The translations under genes were made by a program, and so were the position numbers. A stretch of DNA of 32,000 bases from a bacterium (GTDB taxonomy: Bacteria > Actinomycetota > Thermoleophilia > RBG-16-64-13), in contig JAZDLO010000130.1 of NCBI GenBank assembly GCA_043801935.1, positions 12,051-44,050 of the forward strand. Reading direction: 5' to 3'. This document shows, one piece after another, positions 24,081-31,622 of this stretch. The notes under the pieces were generated by a model. That model was not told the origin of the DNA and made no database searches. It saw nothing but the letters and a program-made list of their open reading frames with translations. How positions within the stretch are numbered: the stretch's first letter is position 1; each line of letters begins with the position of its first letter.

Positions 24081-24464
24081 GTGTCCAGAGTACTTATCGT
24101 GGACGACGATCTCGACGTGGTCGTCGCGACTTCGCTGGTCCTGGAGAAGGCGGGCTATACCGTCAGTAGTGCCTCCAACAGCGGAGACGGCCTCCGCGCT
24201 GTGGAGGAACTCAGGCCAGACCTTCTGGTCCTGGACGTCATGATGGAAGAACCGGACGACGGCCTGCGGCTGGCGCGGGACTTGCGCCGCAAGGGCCACG
24301 CTCTTCCCATCCTCATGCTTACCAGCGTGAACCAGGCGATGGGCCTGCGCATCGACAAGGACGAGGAGATCGTCCCGGTGGACGAGTTCTTGGAGAAGCC
24401 GGCGGATCCGGCCACCCTGGTGGATATGGTCAAGAGGTTGCTCGAGGGTCGGAAGGGAGCATAG
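24081..24464 (+). CDS. Stand-alone response-regulator receiver domain (CheY-like, no output domain)
   Basis: VLIVDDD acidic pocket, phospho-acceptor LLVLDVMM, LMLTS, FLEKP. GTG 24081 follows AAGGAGAG (24069-24076). The stop abuts the next ATG. Confidence 0.85.
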   Translation: MSRVLIVDDDLDVVVATSLVLEKAGYTVSSASNSGDGLRAVEELRPDLLVLDVMMEEPDDGLRLARDLRRKGHALPILMLTSVNQAMGLRIDKDEEIVPVDEFLEKPADPATLVDMVKRLLEGRKGA

Positions 24465-24986
24465 ATGCTGGTAACCGAACGCGACAGGATGCGGGAGGAC
24501 GTGACCGCGATCGCGGAGTTGACGGGGTTCAATCGCAGTTCCCTGATCCCCATCCTGCAAGACGTCAAGCACAAACACCGGTGCATCGACAGCTACGCCA
24601 TGCAGCTGATCGCGGATGTCTTGGATATCCACCCGGTGGAGGTCTACGCAGTCGCCACCTTCTTTGCCTTTCTGAATCCGGAATTAGAGGGCCGTTACGT
24701 CTTCCGGCTGTGCCGCACTCTCTCGTGTGAGTTCGAGGGCAAGGAGCAGGTGGCCAAGCAATTGGAGGAGGATCTCGGCATCGCTTTTGGGGAGACATCG
24801 GCCGACGGCAACTTCAGCCTCGAGTGGGCCAACTGCATGGGCATGTGCGACCAGGGCCCGGCGATGCTCGTCAACGGCAAGGTCTACACGCAGCTCACTC
24901 CGATCAAAGCCAGAGCCGTCGTCGAGGAGTACCTCAGCCTGGCCGAGGATCACGGGACGCACAGCGTCGGGGGGCGTGTGAGATGA
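24465..24986 (+). CDS. hydC: NuoE-like [2Fe-2S] thioredoxin-fold subunit of a multimeric [FeFe] hydrogenase (HydC/HndA-like)
   Basis: CRTLSC ... CMGMC cluster ligands and the LIPILQ..VATFFAF pattern of NuoE/HoxE. Confidence 0.88.
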   Translation: MLVTERDRMREDVTAIAELTGFNRSSLIPILQDVKHKHRCIDSYAMQLIADVLDIHPVEVYAVATFFAFLNPELEGRYVFRLCRTLSCEFEGKEQVAKQLEEDLGIAFGETSADGNFSLEWANCMGMCDQGPAMLVNGKVYTQLTPIKARAVVEEYLSLAEDHGTHSVGGRVR

Positions 24987-26188
24987 CCGTGGATACGACC
25001 ATAGAGACCAAGGTCCATCGTCTGACCTTCGCGACCGTCCTCGCGGGCGAAGGCCTACGCAAGGCACTGGCTATGCCGCGCGCGGACATCATCGACGCCG
25101 TGCGCGATTCCCGACTCAAAGGGCGCGGGGGCGCAGGGTTCCCGACCGGGATGAAGTGGGACTTCGCTGCCGCGGAGAAGCGCGAGCCCAAGTACATCAT
25201 CTGCAATGCCGACGAGGGTGAGCCGGGGACGTTCAAGGACCGGGTCATCCTGACCGACTACCCCGACCTGGTCCTCGAAGGGCTGACCATCGGCGCCCGA
25301 GCCGCGGGCGCCGCGCCCGGGCTCATCTACCTGCGAGCGGAATATGGCTACCTTCATTCCCACCTCGAGGAGGTCATCGCACAGCGCCGGCAGGCCGGTC
25401 TGCTGGGAGAGAACATCGGCGACATCGAAGGCTTCGACTTCGATGTCGTGGTTGCGATGGGCGCGGGCGCCTACGTCTGCGGCGAAGAGACGGCCCTCAT
25501 CGAGTCGCTCGAGGGCTTTCGCGGCGAGCCTAGGAACCGGCCCCCCTTCCCCGTGGTCTCGGGGTTCCTCCACCGCCCCTCGGTGGTCAATAACGTGGAG
25601 ACCCTTGCTTGGGTGGCCTGCATCTTCGCCAAAGGCGTCGACTGGTTCAAGAGCAGCGGCACCGTCAGTTCCACCGGAGGCAAGTTGTTCAGCATCTCCG
25701 GTGATTGTGCACGGCCCGGGGTCTACGAGTTCCCGTTCGGCATCACGGTCGGAGAGCTGCTCGAGGAAGTCGGCGGTGAGAACGCCAAAGCAGTGCAGAT
25801 CGGCGGGGCCTCGGGCCGCTGTGTCCCCCGCTCGGCGTTCCCTCGGAGGATCGCGTTCGAAGACATCCCCACGGGCGGGTCCGTCATCGTGATCGGTCCC
25901 AGCAGGGACATGCTCGCCGTGGCCCACAATCTTCTCGAGTTCTTCGTCGACGAGTCGTGCGGCCAGTGCACCCCGTGCCGGCTCGGCAATCGGAAACTCC
26001 TCGAGGGAGTGGAGATGCTGATGGAGGGGACGTGCTCAGCCGAGTATCTGAACGATCTCAAGGCTCTCTGCAACACGATGCAGGTGGCGTCCAAATGCGG
26101 CCTCGGCCAGAGCAGCTCCGTGGCCTTCATCTCTATCCTGGAGCACTTTGGGGACGAGATCATCGGCCACGCCGGAAAAACACGTTAG
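24983..26188 (+). CDS. hydB: NuoF-like FMN/NAD(H)-binding [4Fe-4S] subunit (HydB-like), core-only form of about 401 aa
   Basis: GRGGAGFPTGMKW, ICNADEGEPGTFKDR, GAGAYVCGEETALIESLEG, and ESCGQCTPCR...C (N3-type cluster). ATGA overlap with the NuoE-like gene. No extra N- or C-terminal Cys-cluster domains. Confidence 0.9.
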   Translation: MTVDTTIETKVHRLTFATVLAGEGLRKALAMPRADIIDAVRDSRLKGRGGAGFPTGMKWDFAAAEKREPKYIICNADEGEPGTFKDRVILTDYPDLVLEGLTIGARAAGAAPGLIYLRAEYGYLHSHLEEVIAQRRQAGLLGENIGDIEGFDFDVVVAMGAGAYVCGEETALIESLEGFRGEPRNRPPFPVVSGFLHRPSVVNNVETLAWVACIFAKGVDWFKSSGTVSSTGGKLFSISGDCARPGVYEFPFGITVGELLEEVGGENAKAVQIGGASGRCVPRSAFPRRIAFEDIPTGGSVIVIGPSRDMLAVAHNLLEFFVDESCGQCTPCRLGNRKLLEGVEMLMEGTCSAEYLNDLKALCNTMQVASKCGLGQSSSVAFISILEHFGDEIIGHAGKTR

Positions 26189-26224
26189 CAGGCGGTCATC
26201 CACCTGTAGCAAGGAAACGAGAAT

Positions 26225-28180
26225 ATGAGCGACACGATCGACACTGATTTCACGCCGAAAGGCGACAAGACATACGCCGAAAGGCGCCGCGCTCCCCTCA
26301 GCCAGCTCTTCGAGCCCGTGGCCGAGCCGGAGAACAGGGACGCCATCGGCGCCACGGTCTCGATCACCATCGACGGGATCGAGACGAAGGTGCCCTTCGG
26401 AAGCACGATCCTCGATGCGGCCAAGGGCATCGGGGTCCGTATCCCGACTCTTTGCTACCACCCCGATCTGGAGATCGCCGGCATCTGCCGCATCTGCGTG
26501 GTGGAGATCGAGGGGCAGCGGACCTTGCAGGCGGCGTGCGCCTATCCGATCACCTCCGCTATCACCATCAACACCTATTCCCAGGCGGTGCGGATCGCCC
26601 GCCGGCACGTGCTCGACCTCATGCTCTCCGAGCACTGCGGTGACTGCTACTGCTGCAAGCGCAACGGCAACTGCGAGCTGCAGTCGCTTGCCGAGGAGTA
26701 CGGGGTGGACAAGTTCCGCTTCGGGCACTGTGAGAATCCTGTGCCCGTGGACGACTCGAGCTACTCCGTCGTGCGTGACATGAACAAATGCATCCGTTGC
26801 CGCCGGTGCGTGCGCACCTGTATCGACGTGCAGGAAGTGGGAGTCTTAGAGGCCATCAACCGGTCCGACCAGGTCGAGATCGCGACCTTCCTCAACAAAC
26901 CGTTGCTGAACGTCGTGTGCATCAACTGCGGCCAGTGCATCAACCGGTGTCCCACAGCGGCGCTCTATGCCAAGAACGCAAGCGACTCGGTCTGGAAGGC
27001 CCTCGATGACCCCACGAAGTACGTGGTCATCCAGACGGCACCGTCCCCGAGGGCGGCGATGGGCGAGATGTTCGGTCTAGAGCCGGGGACGTCGGTGACC
27101 ATGGAGATGAACTCGGGGCTGCGCCGTATGGGCTTCGAGAGGGTCTTCGACACCAACTTCACGGCCGACCTGACCATCATCGAAGAGGGCACCGAGTTGA
27201 TCCTGCGCCTGTACAAGGCGCTGGTGCACGGGGACAAAGAGGTAGCGCTGCCCCAGTTCACCAGCTGCTCGCCGGGCTGGGTCAAGTATTTAGAGCACTT
27301 CTACCCCGAGTACCTTGCGAATGCGTCGAGTGCCAAGAGTCCTCAGCAGATGTTCGGGGCCCCGATCAAGACCTACTACGCCGAGAAGTTGGGCCTCGAT
27401 CCCAAGGACATCGTGAGCGTGGCGCTCATGCCTTGCTCGGCGAAGAAGTTCGAGTGTAACCGCCCGGAGATGTACTCCAGCGGTTACAAAGACGTCGACT
27501 TTGGTCTCACCACCCGTGAGCTGGGCAAGATGTTCAGGCAAGCCGGCCTCCATGTGCCCACTCTGCCCAAGTCCGACTTCGACAACCCCTTCGGCACCGC
27601 TACCGGTTCGGGCCTCATCTTCGGGGCCACCGGAGGTGTCATGGAGTCCGCGCTGCGCACGGTGATCGAACTGGTGACCGGTGGGAAAGTGGAGACCATC
27701 TACGAGTACGGCGATATCATCCCGGTCCGGGGGTTCGAGGGCGTCCGCTATGCGGAGATCAACATCGACTCGGTAGGCCCGGTGCCCGCCCTTCTGCAGC
27801 ACCTGGTCCCCGACTGGGAGTGGCTCAAAGGCGCGACTCTCAAGGTGGCTGTGGCGCACGGTACGGCCAACGCTAAACGCGTGATGGAAGATATCAAGGC
27901 CGGTGGCCGATTCAGCAAATGCCACTTCATCGAGTTCATGGCTTGCCCGGGCGGCTGCCTGGGAGGCGGCGGCCAGCCGATCCCCACCAGCAAAGAGATC
28001 CGGGCGGCTCGGGCGAAGGCGATCTATGCGGAAGAAAAGACGCTGGAAGTGCGGAAATCATACGAGAACCCGGCCGTAGCCCGGATCTACGAGGAGTTCC
28101 TCACGGACGGCCCCTGCGGCCACAAGAGCCACGAGCTGCTGCACACCAAGTACAAGGCCCGCGGGAAGTTCATCGAATAG
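26225..28180 (+). CDS. hydA: [FeFe] hydrogenase catalytic subunit HydA (2Fe-2S + His-ligated 4Fe-4S + 2x4Fe-4S + H-domain + C-terminal SSU-like tail)
   Basis: N-terminal CYHPDLEIAGICRICVV..AC, HCGDCYCCKRNGNC, CIRCRRCVRTC, CINCGQCINRCP. H-cluster motifs: FTSCSPGW (a variant of TSCCPxW), MPCSAKKFE, EFMACPGGCLGGGGQP. Confidence 0.93.
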   Translation: MSDTIDTDFTPKGDKTYAERRRAPLSQLFEPVAEPENRDAIGATVSITIDGIETKVPFGSTILDAAKGIGVRIPTLCYHPDLEIAGICRICVVEIEGQRTLQAACAYPITSAITINTYSQAVRIARRHVLDLMLSEHCGDCYCCKRNGNCELQSLAEEYGVDKFRFGHCENPVPVDDSSYSVVRDMNKCIRCRRCVRTCIDVQEVGVLEAINRSDQVEIATFLNKPLLNVVCINCGQCINRCPTAALYAKNASDSVWKALDDPTKYVVIQTAPSPRAAMGEMFGLEPGTSVTMEMNSGLRRMGFERVFDTNFTADLTIIEEGTELILRLYKALVHGDKEVALPQFTSCSPGWVKYLEHFYPEYLANASSAKSPQQMFGAPIKTYYAEKLGLDPKDIVSVALMPCSAKKFECNRPEMYSSGYKDVDFGLTTRELGKMFRQAGLHVPTLPKSDFDNPFGTATGSGLIFGATGGVMESALRTVIELVTGGKVETIYEYGDIIPVRGFEGVRYAEINIDSVGPVPALLQHLVPDWEWLKGATLKVAVAHGTANAKRVMEDIKAGGRFSKCHFIEFMACPGGCLGGGGQPIPTSKEIRAARAKAIYAEEKTLEVRKSYENPAVARIYEEFLTDGPCGHKSHELLHTKYKARGKFIE

Positions 28181-28214
28181 CGGGCGCTGACGCGACCGAC
28201 GAGCAGGACCAGAC

Positions 28215-28246
28215 ACCGGCGGCCCCGGCAGCACGAGGCCGCCGGT
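28215..28246. terminator. GC-rich hairpin between the convergent hydA and kinase genes (possible bidirectional terminator)
   Basis: Perfect 10-bp stem ACCGGCGGCC (28215-28224) / GGCCGCCGGT (28237-28246) with a 12-nt loop. Only a weak T tract follows. Confidence 0.4.
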
Positions 28247-28268
28247 TGCGTCACCGGACAAGCCCCTT

Positions 28269-29447
28269 CTAGCGGTCCCGCCGGGCCGTGCCTGCCGGGA
28301 CCGGGTCTCGGCTCGCAGCGCCGGCGTCGCGCAGGGTCACCGTGAAGGTGCTACCGGAGCCCTTCTCGCTCTTGACCGTCGCATCGCCACCATAGAGCTG
28401 CGCGAGCTTGCGCACGGTGGATAGCCCAAGTCCGCTGCCGATGACTTTGACGGTGTCCTCGTTCTTGATGCGCACGAATTCTGCGAACAGTTTCGCGCTC
28501 TCATCGGGCGTCAGCCCGATGCCTGTGTCGGTCACCGAGATCTTGACACCTTCCCCTTCTCGGGCAAGGGTCACCGTCACCGAGCCGCCGTCCCGATTGT
28601 ATTTGACCGCGTTTGAGATGAGATTGTTGAGGACTATCTCGATCTCGCCGGGATCGGCCGTCATCTTCACGGGCTCGCCGGGACGGAGCCCCATCGTGAT
28701 GCCCCGCGCGACCGCCTCCGTCGAGAAGAGGTCGACAGACGCCTTCGCCAAGCCCCGCACGTCCACGGTGGCGAAGTTCCTCTGCTTCTGCCCGGATTCG
28801 ATGCGGGTCAGGTCGAGAAGATCGAAGATGAGCTTGCGCATCCCTTCCAACCGGATGAGGCTGCGGTCGATCATCTGCAGGTGTTCAGGAGGCTCCTCAG
28901 TCCGCAGGATCTTCAAATACCCCTCGACGGCGTTGATGGGAGCTTTCAACTCGTGGGCGAGCACGGAGATGAAGTTGAACCGCACCTGCCTTTTCTCCTC
29001 TGTCAGCCTGCGGGCCTCCCTGCTGAGTATCAGCTGGTCGGTCGCCTTGCGCACCGCGTAGCGCAGCTCTTCCGGGGAGAATGGTTTAGGCAGGAAATCG
29101 TAGGCGCCCAGCTTGGTCGCTTGGACCGCGGTCTCGAAGGTGGCGTAGGCCGTGATCATGATGACCATCATCCCTCGGCCCCGATGGGCCAGCTCGGTGA
29201 GGACATCGAGCCCATCCATGCCGGGCAGTTTCAGGTCGAGTAGCAGCAGGTCGAACTCCGTCCCGGCGGCCATGCTGTCGAGGAACTGCTCACCGCTGGC
29301 GAAGTAGGCCGAATCGTAGGCGACCTCGATGTCCACGTCGGCCACGTGGACCCTATACTTGTCGAGGATGCGGCGCACTGCGAGGTGCAGGGGTTCCTCG
29401 TCGTCCACCATGGCGACTCTGATCATCTGCTGCCGTGATCCCACCAT
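28269..29447 (-). CDS. Hybrid receiver-histidine kinase (N-terminal REC, then HisKA, then HATPase_c)
   Basis: REC: MVDDEEP, LLLLDLKLPGMDG, MITAYAT, FLPKPF. H-box FISVLAHELKAPINAV, N-box NLISNAVKYN, G1 DTGIGL, G2 GSGLGLS. The start is ATG 29447, 7 nt after the upstream stop; ATG 29426 is an alternative. Confidence 0.88.
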   Translation of the reverse strand: MVGSRQQMIRVAMVDDEEPLHLAVRRILDKYRVHVADVDIEVAYDSAYFASGEQFLDSMAAGTEFDLLLLDLKLPGMDGLDVLTELAHRGRGMMVIMITAYATFETAVQATKLGAYDFLPKPFSPEELRYAVRKATDQLILSREARRLTEEKRQVRFNFISVLAHELKAPINAVEGYLKILRTEEPPEHLQMIDRSLIRLEGMRKLIFDLLDLTRIESGQKQRNFATVDVRGLAKASVDLFSTEAVARGITMGLRPGEPVKMTADPGEIEIVLNNLISNAVKYNRDGGSVTVTLAREGEGVKISVTDTGIGLTPDESAKLFAEFVRIKNEDTVKVIGSGLGLSTVRKLAQLYGGDATVKSEKGSGSTFTVTLRDAGAASRDPVPAGTARRDR

Positions 29448-29454
29448 GTACCCC

Positions 29455-31497
29455 TTACACTCCGCTCTGGACCGATCCCTGGACCACACGCTCCTCGTGG
29501 CGCGGGAGCGTCACCGTGAACGTAGCGCCGGTGGCGCCGGCTGCAGGATCGGCGTTCGACTCCACCTCGATTCGCCCCCGGTGCATCTTCACGATCCCAT
29601 GAGTGACGGCCAGTCCCAAACCGGTGCCCATACCCACCTGCTTGGTCGTGAAGAAGGGATCGAACAGCTTGGCCATGTTCTCCTCAGGGATCCCCTCACC
29701 GGTGTCCGAAACCCGGATCGTCACTTCATCCGGCTGGTCGCTGAGAGCGATGACGATCGCCCCACCTTTGGAGATCGCATGTTGGGCGTTGCTCAGCAGG
29801 TTGGTGAGCACCTGTACGATCTGGTCCGAATCGATCTCGGCCACCGGATCGGCTAGGGTGTTTTCCACGTGCACCTCGATACTCTGCTCGGTGGGGAGGG
29901 TGCGCAGGACCTTTTCCAGGAGCTCGGCGACGTCCGTCGGTTGCCGGACCACCCGACTCTGGCGGGCGAAGTTGAGGAGGCCGCCTATGATGCGCTTGCA
30001 GCGGTTGCCCTGGTCGACGATGGTCTCGAGGTCTTGCCGCACCTGGGACCCTTCTTCGCACTCCTCGAGGAGTAGGTGGGCGTGGAGCAGCAGGGTGCCC
30101 AGTGGGTTATTTACTTCATGGGCGATGCCTGCCGCGAGCTGTCCCATGCTGGCCAGCTTGCCCGATCGTTCCAGCGCCTCCTTTGCGCTCTCGAGAGATC
30201 GGTGCGAGTCTTCGAGCTCTTCGTAAGCGCTGCGCAGCTGCTCGATCGTGTGAGGCAGACACATCTCGGAACCGGCGAGACCCGCGTAGATAGCCCGAGC
30301 GTGGTCGAGACAGGTGTCATAGCCGCAGGCGCCGCAATTGAGCAGGTCGGCCTCCGATGACTTGCCCATCCGGTGCAGTATGGCCTCCAGTTCTTCCGGG
30401 GTGGCCGAGTCACCGAGGGTCTGGTGGTCGGCGTAGTACGACCGGGACAAGTCGAGCGAGCGGTAGCGCTCGAGAGCCTCTGCCGTCTCGCCGGGGTGGT
30501 CCCGATCCAGGGTCGTTAGCCGGCTCTTGGCGTAGTTGCTGATGCGGGTGCGGCGCTGGAGCATGGTCTCGTCACTGGTCATCCCTGCCCCGGCGAAACA
30601 CCCCTGACAGGAGAGAACGTCCACGAGCCGGGTCTCGGCGTGCGCCACGTCGAACTCGCTGATGGTCTCGAGGAACTCGCCTCGCCCTTCGACCACGACC
30701 ACCTCTCCGCTCAGCAGGTCCTCCTTGATCTCCGCGGTCTGCAGAAGCCCCCCGGAGATGGGGAACACCGCCCCCACCCCTCCATAAGGGGGATCGAAGC
30801 CGTCGTCGCCCTTCACGGCTTCCGGCTCGATCCCCCGCTTCTGGAACATGTCGCGCAACTCGGCGAAAGTCAGGGCGGCATCTATCTCGCTGTGGGTGGC
30901 GTCGATGGAGGACCGCTTCTTGGCGATACAGGGACCGATGAACACCACTTCCAGGTCATCGCCCAGGTCCTGGCGCAAGACCCGGGCCATGGCCACCATG
31001 GGAGAGACCACGGGGGCGAGATATGGCATCAGGCGCGGGTGGTACTTACGCACATAGGAGACCACAGCGGGGCAAGGCGTGGTGATATAGCGGCTCTCTG
31101 GGTTCTCCTCGAGCAGCCTGCGGTAATCCTGAGCCACCAGATCGGCTCCGAGGGATACTTCGTGCACCGAATCGAACCCGAGCGCACGGATCATAGCCAC
31201 CAGGGTACCCGGATCGACGTCGGTGAACTCAGCCGGGAAACTCGGAGCGACGGTGGCCGCGACCCGAGCGTCGGACTCGAGCAAGGCGAAGGCCCGCTCC
31301 GTGTCGTCGCGGACGTGCTTGGCGTTCTGACTGCACACCCGCAGGCAGTTTCCGCATCCGATACAGCGCGGCTGGACGACGCTCGCCTGGCCGTCCACCA
31401 CCCGGATGGCCTTGGCCGGGCATTCGCGCACGCAGGCGTAGCACATGCGGCACTTCTCGCCGATTATGGTGACAAGAGGGTTGTCCCAGGTGGGCAT
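29455..31497 (-). CDS. Sensory [FeFe]-hydrogenase-like protein (HydS-type, group C) fused to a histidine kinase
   Basis: aa 16-55: CRMCYACVRECP + CIGCGNCLRVCS. aa 70-310: Fe-hydrogenase large-subunit-like domain with modified H-cluster motifs ITTPCPAV, FIGPCIAKKRS, VLSCQGCFAGAG. aa 388-413: CGACGYDTC..C putative Fe-S domain. aa 455-665: H-box GIAHEVNNPL, N-box NLLSNAQHA, G1 DTGEGI, F-box FDPFFTTK, G2 GTGLGLA. RBS AAGGA lies 7 nt upstream of ATG 31497. Confidence 0.85.
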   Translation of the reverse strand: MPTWDNPLVTIIGEKCRMCYACVRECPAKAIRVVDGQASVVQPRCIGCGNCLRVCSQNAKHVRDDTERAFALLESDARVAATVAPSFPAEFTDVDPGTLVAMIRALGFDSVHEVSLGADLVAQDYRRLLEENPESRYITTPCPAVVSYVRKYHPRLMPYLAPVVSPMVAMARVLRQDLGDDLEVVFIGPCIAKKRSSIDATHSEIDAALTFAELRDMFQKRGIEPEAVKGDDGFDPPYGGVGAVFPISGGLLQTAEIKEDLLSGEVVVVEGRGEFLETISEFDVAHAETRLVDVLSCQGCFAGAGMTSDETMLQRRTRISNYAKSRLTTLDRDHPGETAEALERYRSLDLSRSYYADHQTLGDSATPEELEAILHRMGKSSEADLLNCGACGYDTCLDHARAIYAGLAGSEMCLPHTIEQLRSAYEELEDSHRSLESAKEALERSGKLASMGQLAAGIAHEVNNPLGTLLLHAHLLLEECEEGSQVRQDLETIVDQGNRCKRIIGGLLNFARQSRVVRQPTDVAELLEKVLRTLPTEQSIEVHVENTLADPVAEIDSDQIVQVLTNLLSNAQHAISKGGAIVIALSDQPDEVTIRVSDTGEGIPEENMAKLFDPFFTTKQVGMGTGLGLAVTHGIVKMHRGRIEVESNADPAAGATGATFTVTLPRHEERVVQGSVQSGV

Positions 31498-31622
31498 CAG
31501 CGATCCTTGTCCGCGGCGCCATCCCGCGCTACCGACTCGGCGTCCTGAGTCAAGTTCGCGGGCATAAGAATGCTATGCTTTTGACAAGGTACTCTTGCTC
31601 TGAGGCAACGTCAACCAGCGAT

